A stretch of DNA of 64,000 nt. Source: the human T2T-CHM13v2.0 reference genome, Homo sapiens. Below the pieces are notes generated by a model. That model was not told the DNA's origin and searched no databases. It saw nothing but the letters and a program-made list of their open reading frames with translations. Location of the stretch: assembly GCF_009914755.1 (NCBI RefSeq), contig NC_060940.1, one strand, 5' to 3'. This document shows positions 44,591 through 58,070 of this stretch, in pieces (position 1 is the first letter of the stretch; the number at the start of each line of letters is the position of its first letter). The position numbers and the translations under genes are program-made.

Positions 44591-46929
44591 GAATCTAACC
44601 TGCACCCCATAGGTGCTGATGACTGATAAGCTCTTAAAATGTTCAGCCTTATCAAGTGATATGGCTTCAATATAAATAGTAACAGCTGTCTACTAAAGAA
44701 GGATTTTTCAAAGCCTGGAATACAAAATACCGACAGTATTAAAGAAGAGTGTTCACGGTAGTATGAGCACATGACGTTAAATATTAGATAATGTAAACAT
44801 GTAATGTTTTTAGTAATCAGTCCAGTTAATATATTTATTGGTAATCTGTCTTTAACATCTATCTAAAACCTTCCAACCTCCCTTTAAACAACAACAGTCA
44901 CAAAAGAGTAAGCATCAGGCTTAAGAGTCTTTCAGAAGCAGTAATTTCTTGCTTTGTTTTCTGTTCATTGTATGTATTTTAAAATGTATTTCACATTGTA
45001 TTATATATTATATATACAATTGTATATAAGATGTTTGTTGTATGACATTTTACTTGTGATTGATAATGGTTTTTCACTTATGAGAGACATATGCATTTCC
45101 TTTATGAAAAAAATTTAAAATGTAAATTAATTTTAATAATGGAATTTTGGGAAATAACCAGCTAGCGTAAGAGGGAAAATGTAGGAAATTAACCTTGCCT
45201 AATTTCTCCAGGATCAGCCAATCCTAATCAATGCGACTTTGGTTTTAGCAGGAAAATCATTGAGTAGAACCAACTCTAGGCCTTGGTCTTGTTCAGGTGA
45301 TTCTAGAAATTAAATCAACTTAAAGCACGAATGACTCGAGTTGGAGCATAGAGCTCACCGCAGGAAAGTGATTGCCCTCAAACCCTCTCCCATCAAAGTT
45401 CCCATGACCGTGACCACAGCAAAGAAGCCAGCCTGAGCTCTGGCCTTTTATTTAAAAATCCATTCCTGGAGTAGAAAGAAAATAACTGAAGATGTTTTGA
45501 TTATTGGTATACCAAATCCTATTTGGGGATTGGTTTACTAGATTCAAAGAGTCACACCCAACCTCAGTAAAAAGTTTTGTAAATCCATGCTTGCTAGCGT
45601 CCTTTGAAAAATAAACCCAAGAATAGTTTTATTCCAATACAGCACGCTCTCAGCACAAACATGTGGCAGATGCTAGAAACTTAGGAATCAAATCCAAATT
45701 GCAGACACACATGTTATTGTACTCCACAAGGGGGGGAGCAAACCCAGAATTGGCCTAATTTGAATATTTTTTTTTTTCTGAATCCCGCAAATGAAACTAC
45801 ATATTTAGGAATTTTTTGCTCACATAGTATTTATAGTTATTTATGATTCCTTGAGATTTTGAAGCATTATAGCTTTGCACTAGGCTTTCCAACTTTTGTT
45901 TTTGTTTTCATTTCTCTTCTAAATGCCAAGTAGGCTGAAACCTATGCTGGAAAACCAGTGGGGATTAGATGTTTTTTAGGTCACAAGTTAGAAGATTCCT
46001 AATACTCACAGACATTCTACGTCTAGGAATGTTTGTTAATTTGAGCCCCTCTCTCTCCTTGTGTATCTTTAATCTCTCAACCAGCTGTCTCCCATAAAAA
46101 GATATTTCTGTTTTTAGTTACAAATCTGTTTACAGATAAAACTCACTCATAAATACACAACCACATGCAGAGGTTGCCTTTTTTTTTCTGCTGATAGTAT
46201 AGAAATAACTCCAGATGAAAAATATTAAAGTTTGTTTAGAAATATAAAATGCATTCTGCCTTTCTCAGTGGGGGCCCATGTTTTATAGATGTTCAAGGTC
46301 TTTTTGTGTCCCTGTGTGAGCCTCTCTTGGGAAGCACAATCTTCTCTTACCTCTGTGATTTAGTTCTTTCTCAAACTGTCAAAATTGTTGGGTTCCTAAT
46401 TGAGGAATTAACTCCTTGCAAAAGGCAGGTATTGGCCACCTAAGGAAAAGAGGTGAAGCCAAGAAATAGCTTCTCGTGCATCAGGATCAGTATGTTTACT
46501 GTTACTCGAATGACCGATTTAACTCCCCACTCTTATTTGCTTGTGGGTTGCTTACACTGGAAACCGTCAGGTAAGAGATTGTGTTTTCTTCTCTTGTCTT
46601 CTTCCATTTCTTTTAAGACCTAGTACTGTGTCTGACACATAGAATTCAGTCGATTTTCAAATATATTGTTTGCTGTTAATTGAATTAGTATAATCATGTT
46701 AGACAATAAATTATTCAGAAAAGAAAATATTTACACTTGGCTTCTTTCCCAGTTCTTTAGAGTTTAGGATGCCCTCTCTCCCTTGTATTCATCACCAATT
46801 AATTAGTCAAGAAGAGACCGTTCTAGTTCCTCCTTCCCTGGATTGGTTATTGTATTCTGAGCAAACCTCTTATAACCATGCCTTGTTTTTCGTTGAAGCT
46901 CATTTTATAAAAGGTGATACAATGTATCA

Positions 46930-47278
<349 letters not shown>

Positions 47279-47469
47279 CTAGCAAATGAAGACCGATACT
47301 TTGTCAACCATGTAAAATAGCTACTCATTGCTCCATTTTATGGTTGAAAAAATCGAGGTTCCTAGAACACGAATTACTCAGATTCACCAGACAGACTCCA
47401 GTATTTGACTTCAAATCATCAAATATTCCATCACTTGAGACTGCATCCTCTAACAAGAAGAATAGAAGG

Positions 47470-47660
47470 AATAACTTCAAGTAAATACTTCTGTGTGTCA
47501 GACTCCATAGTTGTCATTTTATTTGTCTTCCCTTATTGTATCTCACTAAAATCTGAATAGATCGGTATTAGTAACCCCATTTTGGAGCTAGGGAAATGAA
47601 GAATGAGATAATTTTTGCAAATTGCCCAAGGACATAGGACTAGCTCATGGATCCATGTTG
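47470..47660 (-). mobile_element. MIR
   Basis: ccccattttt...gggaaatgaag...aattgcccaaggacatagg. Confidence 0.6.
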
Positions 47661-48231
47661 CAGAGATCTCACCATTTTGGGAAGTGAGTGTCTTTGTTTA
47701 AGTACTATTAAATAGCTCAAGCACACTGAGAAGCCAAGGTAGGAACTATTTAATTTAGCATACATTTTCATTATAGTATTCAAAGATGCAACATGCCCTG
47801 AAGCATTAACCCTGGTTTTCAAATATTTCTATGTAGAGCTTCATGCTGCAGGTTCAAATCACCAGCTCTCAGCTAAAAATATAGCTGCTGTTTGGTGACT
47901 AGAAGGCCACTTTGACAATAATTGTGGTTGCAAGAGGTCACACATTCTCCCTCTATCCCTATAAAGTCCTGTCTTCCAATATTCTAATCTTACTAACAAT
48001 AAAACCAAGATCCTGGAGGAAAAGGCATTTGTTTAAAGTATCCCTCATGACCATTTATTCACCTGCCCAGATATACAAGTCAGAAAATTAAAAACCTGCT
48101 TTTCTATTTTTTCCCACAATCAATTGATTTTTTTTCCATAGGATTGCCTTCCTATGGGATTCCATTCTCAGTTTAATGATTACTCTCCATCCTCACTCTG
48201 ATTTCTCTGTTTAAACATCGTATGTGTGCCT

Positions 48232-48412
48232 TGTGTATATATATATATATACACACACACGCATAGGTTTTTGTATGTGTGTATATATATAGATATATAC
48301 ACACATACATATATTGTGTATATATATACACACAAACACATACACATATATATTTTTAAATTGTACGTGTATTATATAAGTATATATAGATTTTATATAT
48401 ATATATATATAA
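48232..48412 (+). repeat. (TA)n/(CA)n low-complexity tract
   Basis: Read directly. Confidence 0.93.
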
Positions 48413-48419
48413 TTTAAAA

Positions 48420-48800
48420 ATCTGGACTACTATAACAACTTCTTAACTGGTGTTTTGTTTACTCCTGTCTATAATAACTTCTCTTCATCCTTCACAAAGG
48501 CTTCCAGAGTAAGAATGATTTCTTAAATATCATCTGATTGTTCCAGCACCTCCATGTCCATTTCACACATGGTGATTTCTTGTGTCTTAGGAGAGTAAGA
48601 AAAACTCTGGAGCAACAAGAGCCTTTTAATGTCATTCTCAACATCCTCACCTGACCTTATTCCCCATCACCACCCCTTATACTCCAAAGACTCCAGCTCT
48701 GCTGAATTTCCTAACAGTTTCTACACAGCCCAGACCCTGTGGTTGCCTCTTTCACTTTGCACATTCCATTCCCTCTCCTGAATGAATGCCCTTTGAGGGT
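48420..48800 (+). mobile_element. L2 fragment
   Basis: tggactactataacaacttcttaactgg...actccagctctgctgaatttcc...ctttgcacattccattccctctcctgaatg. Confidence 0.65.
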
Positions 48801-49429
48801 CAGAATCAGGTGGAAACTATGTCTCCCAATGCCCAGTGACTGCTGTTGGACTATGGTGCTCCAAGCAAAATTAAAAATGGAAGATTCTGTTAAAAAATGC
48901 TCTGAATGCTCATCAGAGTTGGGGGCAGCCCAAGACCATTTGCCATTTCCAGAGATAGATGCTGCAAGTGAAAAATGAGCTGACAAACTTAAAACTCTAC
49001 AGAAACCACTGGGGAGAGGATCTGGCAGCTTAGCAAGCCAGGTTAATACCTGAATTACAAGGAGTTTGTGAGCACCCTCAGTTGCAGGACTCAGCTGTGA
49101 ACAAAAGTCTCTGAGGTGGGCTTCAGGTGCCTGCCCTGCCACCACCTGACTGTGAGCAACGGGCAACCTGGTTCTTTTAGACTCCATCAACCTCCAGGCT
49201 CTGGGGAATCACTTTTTTCCTATTTTAGTTTTTCAAAAGCATCCACTGGGTCTTTCCCAAGGCATAAAAGGGAACAAGAACAAAGGCCAGTAGCAATGTT
49301 TAGCTTGGCCTCAAGTCTACTTTGTTTCACAAATAAAAATTCCTGTTCTATCATTTTGTAGTAGTATGTCAAGCTTTGGCTTTCTCAAAATAATAGCTGA
49401 TTAAAATCCTGAGCGATGAATGACAACAA

Positions 49430-49640
49430 AAACAGCATTTATTATATTTCATAAACTGAATACATCGCATACGTTGTTTTACTTATTCTTAATTTAAAAA
49501 AATAGGTAACATTTCCAGTTGAGGAAATGAGTGTTCAGATGGCTTACATAATTTAATCGAGTATACAGCTTGCCAGTTTATATAATTTACTCCAGGGTAT
49601 ACAGAGGCAGGATCTGAAGCCAGGTCACTGTGATCCATGC
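49430..49640 (-). mobile_element. MIR
   Basis: cagttgaggaaatgagtgttcaga...cagaggcaggatctgaagccagg. Confidence 0.55.
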
Positions 49641-50365
49641 TCAGCCCACCTTCTCCCAACTATGTTAGTCTTTGTGCCTCCTCTGAAGCTTTCTGTAACA
49701 AATTTGGAACCTGAAAGATTTAAGCTAGGAGATAAGAGAGGCCAGAATATGAGTATTAACATTATCGTAGATGAAACCCTGGGCAACCCAGGGGGCCCTA
49801 GGCAGCTCGTCTGAGGTTCAGGTATCTCATCCAGGCTAGCTCTTAAAGCACATAGCTTCACTCTTTAATGGAACACACCCAAAATGCCCTTCGGTGACTT
49901 TCCAGCGAGTAAAATCTTAAGCACAGTGGGATGTCCAATGTCTTTTGAAGGTTTTGGCTGAGAGAGACAACATTCTTGGAATATGGCCTGGAGTATATTG
50001 AGTCCATCTATTCCTCTGAGGACTCTAAGTCAACTCTGGATTAAACCAGAGCATCAGCCATCAGCACTGTACCTGCAGATGATCACATTCTGTCCACCCA
50101 TACCCACTACATTGTGCTCTGGAAGTCTTCTCCTGGCCTTTACTGGGAGCTGAGACAAGGTCAGGAGCCATGCCAAGAACCTGATTACTGGGTTTTCAGT
50201 TGGGATGCCATCAATGCATGTTTTGTTACTTTTGGCTGATGAGCATGTTTGAATCACATGAGACTCTCATTGCATTAAAAATCAGAGCTAGTTTTAATAA
50301 TTCTGAATAATTAATTTTCTTGAAATTTATGGGTAATAGGAAGACTGAATCACATAGTTGATTCA

Positions 50366-50593
50366 TTTTCCTTTCTTCCTTTCTACCTTTCTTCTTTCTT
50401 TCCTTCCTTCCTTCCTTTCTTCTTTCCTTCCTTTCCTCTGTCCTTTCTTTCTTCCTTCCTTCATCCCTCCCTTTCTTTCTTTCCTTCTTTCTCTTTCTTT
50501 CTTTCTCTCTCTCTCTCCTTCCTTACTTCTTTCTTTTCTTTTCTTTCTCTTTCTCTTTCTTCCTCCTTTCTTTTCTTTCTTTGCCTGCCTGCC
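50366..50593 (+). repeat. ~225-nt polypyrimidine (TTTC/TTCC/TC)n tract
   Basis: Read directly; only a handful of purine interruptions. Confidence 0.95.
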
Positions 50594-50699
50594 TTTTAAA
50601 ATTGTGGCTAGAAACTTCCAGCTAAGTGTGAAATCCAACCTTAGCAAGTGTATGTGACCTTATTCCATTCAAAGTAAATGGGTTCCCTCTGCCCCAAGT

Positions 50700-51150
50700 C
50701 ATGTTCTAGGACCTAAGGAAATCAATGAACAAAAACAAATATAGCTCTCACTTTCATGGTGCTTGGAGTCTAGGGGAGGAGAGGCACATTAACCCACATA
50801 TTACACTCATGAATGTATAATAACCTATTGAGATAAGCACTGTGAAGGAAAGGAATATAGTCCAGGTTAAAACAAAGAGTCCTGATTTAAAGGAAGGGCT
50901 TCCCTGTGGAAATGGCACATGATTTAACTGGACAAATAGGGCATTGGAAATGGTGGGGCAGGGGTTGTATGTCATATGTTTCGTGGTGAGAGGGAACTGT
51001 AGGTTGGCAAAGGGCTTGTAGCAGAACAGAGTGTGGCTCATTGAGGAACCTGACAAAAGTCTCTGCAGTAAGAACTTGGAGGCTACAGAGTGAATGCTAG
51101 TAATTGGGCCTAAAGAAGATGGTGGAAGCCAGTACATGGTCTTCTTGTAA
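50700..51150 (-). mobile_element. L2 fragment
   Basis: ctttcatggtgcttggagtctagggga, aaggaagggcttccctgtggaaatggc, ggcaaagggcttg. Confidence 0.75.
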
Positions 51151-51159
51151 GTCTGGAGA

Positions 51160-51290
51160 AGCATTATCTTCTGAGGCCCCACCCCAGACCTACTGAGTCA
51201 AATCTTCTGCTGGAGGAGCTCAGCAATCTGAGTCTTTACAAGCAAGTTCTCTAACTGATCCTGGTGCCTGCCAAAGTTGGAGAGTCATGG
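51160..51290. mobile_element. MER5A hAT-Charlie fragment
   Basis: ggccccaccccagacctactgagtcaaa...agcaatctg...ccaaagttggagagtcatg. Confidence 0.8.
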
Positions 51291-51581
51291 CAGAGAGTGT
51301 TAGATAGAGAACAAGGTCCAGTGTGTCTGGGTGGAGTCAACATGGTGTGCAGTCAGCATCCTCAGACGACGACTAAGGCTGATAGAAGTTGGCAGATTGG
51401 AGAGGACTTGGGAGCCTCAGGAAGGCCTGTAGAGAGGAGGGTGAATAGTGATGTGGACTGATGTCTGGGTTCATTTTGTGTCTGTCCTTGTTTTCCCTTT
51501 GACTTGTCGTCTTTATCTACTTCCAATGTACGTTTATATACACATGTACATGGATAGATGTACATATTGAGTTATATTTAA

Positions 51582-51956
<375 letters not shown>

Positions 51957-52687
51957 TAGCAAATGGAGATTATGCATTTGTGAATGCTCCTTACCTATCT
52001 GAGAATACTAGTACAGGCAGTGGTGCCACTTCAAGGGCAGGTTAGTAAGACAGCAGTCTCTTCTGCATAAAAACATTTGCAAAACTTTTCCCCTCTCCCA
52101 AATCCAAGCTGCATGACAATGGAACATGCTGTGGTCTTGCCAAACTAAATTCTTAAATAAAAGTAAATGGCATGAAACTACAATTTCGAAAATGGATTCT
52201 TTCCCAGTTTATTTCTGCTCTGGTTCATTTTTAATGCAGTGGGCTTTTTCTTTGTTTTTAACTAGAATTTATGATATACAATTTTTTTGGAATCTGGCAG
52301 GTTTTAGAAAATAAACAACCAATGGAGGAAAAGCAGATATCAAGGGATATTTGAAAATTAATTCAAAATGTTGCAAGTTCAGAGGAGGCAGGTCCTTCAC
52401 GTTGGTTGTATTGAGGACACCTGTTCTAACCAACACCTTAGCCAATCTCTAGGTTTGTAATTTAGGTGACTTGTGGTATGCTTTGAGCATCATTCTATTT
52501 AAAACCCCTCCATCAATATTGATCCAGAGTTGAGAACAGCCATAGTTACAGACATAGAAAAGGGTGGGGCATAAAATCTTCTGAACATAGTGTAGTTTTA
52601 ACTTGTTTTCAAAAATTTTTACTCAAGCAATGGCCTGGAAAATTTATTATTTCAGAAGGAAAGTCCTGAACTTAAAACCAAAGATCT

Positions 52688-52994
52688 GGTCCGGTGCGGT
52701 GGCTTACGCCTGTAATCCCAGCACTTTGTGAGGCTGAGGCGGGCAGATCACCTGAGGTCGGGAGTTCGAGACCAGCCTGACCAACGTGGAGAAAGCCTGT
52801 CTCTACTAAAAATACAAAATTATCCGGGTGTGGTGGTGCATAACTATAATCCCAGATACTCAGGAGGCTGAGGCAGGAGAATTACTTGAACCCGGAGGCA
52901 GTGGTTGCGGTGAGCCGAGATCATGCCATCGGACTCCAGCCTGGGCAACAAAAGCGAAACTCCATCTCAAAAAAAAAAAAAAAAAAAAAAAAAA
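52688..52994 (+). mobile_element. AluSp
   Basis: Diagnostics gaggtcgggag, ctgaccaacgtggagaaa, ggttgcggtgag; long A tail; TSD aaaaccaaagatct/aaagccaaaaatct. Confidence 0.96.
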
Positions 52995-54522
52995 GCCAAA
53001 AATCTGTTTTCAATATTGAGCTTTAAAACAGCCTGCATCACAATGTCATGAAAGTGGCCCTTTGGAACAACCTGGAAAGAACCTTAGAAAGAATTGATAG
53101 AGATTCCTCTCTATGATGCTTACCTGCATCCAAGTCATCCAGGGATATTTATTGAAGAAGTAATATCATGGACTCTTCCCAAACTTTCAGGATCAAAATT
53201 TTTGAAAATGGAGCCTCCGCATGTACTTCATAAATTATTCTTCTATAACTTTATAGAAGTATTGATACAATTATAATAATTACCTGCTAATTCATTCACT
53301 CAACAATATTTATTAAGTGTCTGTTGTGTGCCTAAAAGTATAATTTGTGCTAGATTTATAGTCATATATAAGATAGACTTGGTTTCTGCCCTTATAGATT
53401 TTTCAATCTAGTCTTTTGCCATTTTCCTCCTCCTTTTCCAATTTCTAAATCCACATGTAGGTAAATTTGGTTTACCTGCTTTTCTTTAGCTTTATCATTC
53501 TGCATGTGCTAGTTAGAAGCTTAGGTTTAATGGAGTTTCTGGCATGTTAGAAATATAATCACATTATTCACAAAATCCCAACTGCTTGAGTCTATCAAAT
53601 CCTTATTCATTCACACCTTAATTTGTTCACTTATTTATTTCACATTTTAACCCATTAATCTATCCATATGTATATCCATCCACCCATTTATCAGCGCTGG
53701 AGAAACCTTTATAATAAAATAATATACTTGATTAACTTCCAGTCAACTAAGTAAATGAAATAAAGTCTGTTTTTCTTATTGCGAGTTTATGCTGGATCTG
53801 TCTGAGTTGAATCTATGACTCTTAGATCTCATGTTACTTGACAACTCAATGATCATATCTCAGGGACAGAAATGCAAACTCCAACATGCCTGTTCATTTT
53901 GGCGAGAATATTGTCATGGGCTCCTGATTGGAGCATGCTGCTGAGAGCATCCTTTTCTAGGAAAACACAAGGTTTGCCTTCCATCCTCAGCGTGATTGAC
54001 TTGCTCTTGCTTAATGATGATTCCACCATTCCAAACGACCCATACCCTGCCCAGCTCTACTAAGAATGTCAATTTCCTTGAAAACAAGGCTTAGGTTTTA
54101 TTGCCACTTATGTCTCCTAACTCTTTCTGTTAATGATATTGGTCCTAATGAGGATTAAACGGTCTGACTCCTGGCAACGAGGACTGTAAGAACCTTAATG
54201 GTACCGCAGCCATTTCTTGCATGTCCTAGTGGCTAATGTTGCCATTTTTGTGACTGAGACATTTTTGCAAAAGGTGAAATGTGCAACGTGGGAGGCTTTA
54301 CCGCAGCAAACTTCCCAATGAGAGAGAGGAAGAAAAAGAGCACGCAAACATACAGAGAACTTCTAGATTCATGACTTAATTCACAACGGTCAAGGTTGAA
54401 AGTAGAACAAGATAGGGCATGTGTTTCCCAGATAGCATGTGATTTTTGAAAGTTGCACATGAGACAGAAATGATAAATCAGACAATCCAGCTCACGTGAA
54501 TCCAGGCAACGTGTTTTTTACT

Positions 54523-54704
54523 GCCAGACTATCCAAAGTAGGGTCCATGGTTCTGAAGAATTAGTATTAGCATCACCTCGGAACTTGTTGGAACGGCAGA
54601 CTCTCAGGTCCCATCCCAGATACACTGAATTGAAATCTGCATACATTTTAATTAACAATAGCCACAGGTTTGTTTTATGTATGTAAATATGTGAGAAGCA
54701 CTGC
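54523..54704. mobile_element. MER5 (MER5B/5A-like) DNA transposon
   Basis: agcatcacctcggaacttgtt...cagactctcaggtcccatcccaga...tgagaagcactg. Confidence 0.8.
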
Positions 54705-55084
54705 GCTTAGTATATACTACTGCTTCCTCCCCTCTGTCCTTCAAATGACCACATCGCTCATACTTATCCTTGGAAGTAAGTGGGGAAAAAAACCCTGTAT
54801 ATTGAATCTTTAAGAAGTACTCTACTATGAGGAAGATGTTTTATAGATAGAGATGCTCATGAAACACTTTAAATGAAGGAGGATATTTTGGTACCTCCAA
54901 ACACAACATTTACTACCATTGTAATTATTTAAAGAAAGTGTTTTTCATAACAATGGTGCATATATTTCTAAATAATCAAAAATATATAAGAACATATAAA
55001 ATAAAAGGTAAGTGTATATAAAATAAGTAGAGAAAAATACTTGAGGGAAATATGAAATGATTTTAGCTATTGTTCTTTTTTTAC

Positions 55085-57110
55085 CATATACTTTTCATAT
55101 TAGAACAGTTTTTAATTTACCAGTAATTTGTAAAGATAGTATTGAGCATTCTCATATACCCCACACCAAGCTTCCTCTAATATTAGCATCTTACATGAGT
55201 ATGATACATTTGTTACAGTTAATAAAGCAATATTGATATATTATTATCAACTAAAATCCATACTTTATTCATATCTCCCTAGCTTTTACCTAATGTCTTT
55301 TATGGGTCCCAGGATCTTATAAAGTATACTATATTGAATCTAGTCATGGTTTCTGTTTAGGTTTCTTTGGCTGTGACAATTTCTCAGAATTATCTTGCTT
55401 TTGATGATCTTAATATTTTTGAAAATTACTGTTCAGGTGCTTTCTAAAATGTTTTTCAATTGAAAACTTTTTGATGTTTTTCTCATGGTTAACCTGGAGT
55501 TGTATGTTTTTTGGAGGAATACCACCAAGATAAAGTACCATTTTCATTACATCCTAGCAGGACTGCATATTCTCAGCTGGATGTGGTGGTGCATACCTGT
55601 AGTCCTGGCTACTCCGGAGGCTAAGGCAGGAAGATCTCTTGAGCCCAGGAGTTCAAGATTACACTGAGCTGTGTTTGTGCCACTGCACTCCAGCCTGAGG
55701 TGTAGAGCGAGACCGTGTCTCTAAAATTAAAAATAATAATAATAATTTCAATAACATAAAAAAGAGAATATGTTCTCAAGATAACTTATCACTGTTGATG
55801 TTAACTTTGGCCACCTGGCTGAGGTCATGTTTGTCAGGTTTTTCTACTATAAAGTTATTCTTTATTCCCTCTTTTTTTATACTGTTGTCTTTGGATGGCA
55901 TCATGACTGCCTAGTCATGATGCACAGCCTATACTAAAGGAGCGGGAAGCTAAGCTCCATTTTCTTGAAGGGTGGAGTATCTACATAAATTACATAGAAT
56001 TCTTCCCCATAGAAATTTGCCTGTTCCTCCACATTGATTTATTTATTCAAGGACTTATTTTTATCAGTATGGACTCATGAGTATTTACTTTATAGTCAGA
56101 GTTTTAATTCAATACTACTTTATTTTCTTGCTCAAATTGTTCCAGCCTTGGCCATTGGGAATTATTTCCATCGGCTCCTGAGTCCCTTTGACAAACTTTC
56201 ATTATTTACTTACTTTTAGCACTTACTTTGTGGCCATACAACATGCTCATCCTGTATTCTATCCCAATCCTGGAATAATTTGTTTTCCTGATAAGCCCCA
56301 TCTTTTTTACTGGAGGATAGTATTAGAAACAAAGTTAAGGACATTAGGTGTGTTTACTGCTACTGTTATGTCATTGCTTCTTGCTTCTAGGCCCTCTCAG
56401 CTGGCAGAGCCAGGAAATATATGTGTGTATACTAAAGCCATGGATATACATGTATGTCAAATATTTTTGTATATAACCATTTGTATCTATATTAAGCTAA
56501 ATGTAATTTCTTACTATTTTCAACTGTAATCCACTACCACATGGATCATTTCAACCTCCTCTCCTTGCTTCTCTGTATCATCTCCTTGCTTCTCTGTAGT
56601 ATTGGGAAACCTGGCAGCCACCATACACCACCATTTACTTAATTGTTCAATTCCAATACACATGTATAGTGGTATCAGAATTAATAACCCATTCCCCATG
56701 GAAAACTACTTTATTCACTAGAGAACAGTGCTTATGTACTGCTCCTTCTGCCTTTAGTCTTACAGACTTCACTCATTTTCAGAATTACTTAGGTCATTAT
56801 CCTTTCCCTCCAACTCTTCAGTGAAGTTATTTCACATATTTATAAAATGGTTCAATTCTTTGATCATATTATTCATTCCATTTTGTGACCTCCTAAACCC
56901 ATAAATAATTTTTTAAATTCCATATGTTAAGCCTCTCTCTGTGCTGTAAAGTTCTACTGGTTTTGACAAATGCATAGTGTCATATATTCTTCTTTACAGT
57001 ATCATGAAGAAGGATTTCATCACCCTGAAACATCCCTTGTTTTTCACCTATTTGACCCTATCCCTCTCACTCAAACCCTTGGCAACAATTGATCTTTTTC
57101 CCATCTCTGC
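55085..57110 (-). mobile_element. L1MC/L1MD 3'UTR, ~2 kb, interrupted by FRAM
   Basis: atacatttgttaca...attattatcaactaaaatccata, gctcaaattgttccagccttggccattggga, ggttttgacaaatgcatagtgtcat. Confidence 0.88.
55575..55763 (+). mobile_element. FRAM / AluJ right monomer
   Basis: Single monomer agctggatgtggtggtgcatacctgtagtcc...cttgagcccaggagttcaag...ccactgcactccagcctg with A-rich tail. Confidence 0.88.
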
Positions 57111-58070
57111 AGTATTTTTTAAATTTATTATTCTTAATTGATACATAATTTTTATACATATTGTGGTACATGCACTACTTCACTAAATGCATAGGATGCA
57201 AAATGATCAAGTCAGGGTATTTGAAATGTCCATCACTTTGAGTACTTATCATTTCTATGTGTTGAGAACAATTTAAGTCCTCTTGTCTAACTACTTTGAA
57301 ATATGCAGTACACTGTTGTCACTCTATTTTGCTGTTGAACAATGAACTTTTACCTTTTACCCAACTGTGTTTGTGCCCATCAACCTATCTGTCTTCATAC
57401 TTCCTCCCACCACCCTTCTCAGCCACTAGTATCTATCATTCTACTCTCTATCTTTGTGAGATCAACTCTTTTTTTAGCTCCAACTTATGAGTGAGAACAT
57501 GCAATATTATCTTTCTGTGCCTGGCTTATTTCACTTAACATACTGACCTCCAGTTCCATCCACGTTGCTTCAAATGATATTTCATTGTTTTTATGTCCAA
57601 ATGGTGTCCCGTTGTGTATACATACCATATTTTCTTTATTCATTTGTCCACTAATGAACACTTAGTTTGATTCCATATCTTTGTTATTGTAAATAGTACT
57701 GCAATAAATATGCAAGTGCTGGTATCCCCTTAATATATTGATTTGTTTTCCTTTGGATAGATACCCAGTAGTGGGATTGCTTGTAGTTCTATTTTTATTT
57801 TTAAATCTCCACACTGTTTTCCACAGTGGTCATACTAATTTACATTCCCAACAACAGGATATAAGAATTCCCTCTTTCACATATCTTTGCCAGCATCTGT
57901 TGTTTTGTGTATTTTTAATAATAGGCATCCTAACTGGGATAAAATGACACCTCATTGTGTTTTTTATTTATATTTCCCTAATGATTAGGAATTTTGGGCA
58001 TTTTTTCATAGCCCTGTTGGCCATTTCTATGTCTTATTTTGAGAATAATCTATTTATTTCCTTCGCCCAC

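Noticed and set aside
48711-49190. 159-aa minus-strand ORF
   Set aside because: No recognisable domain, partly overlaps L2, length compatible with chance
50358-50657. F/L/S-rich and K/E/R-rich ORFs
   Set aside because: Translations of the CT-rich simple repeat
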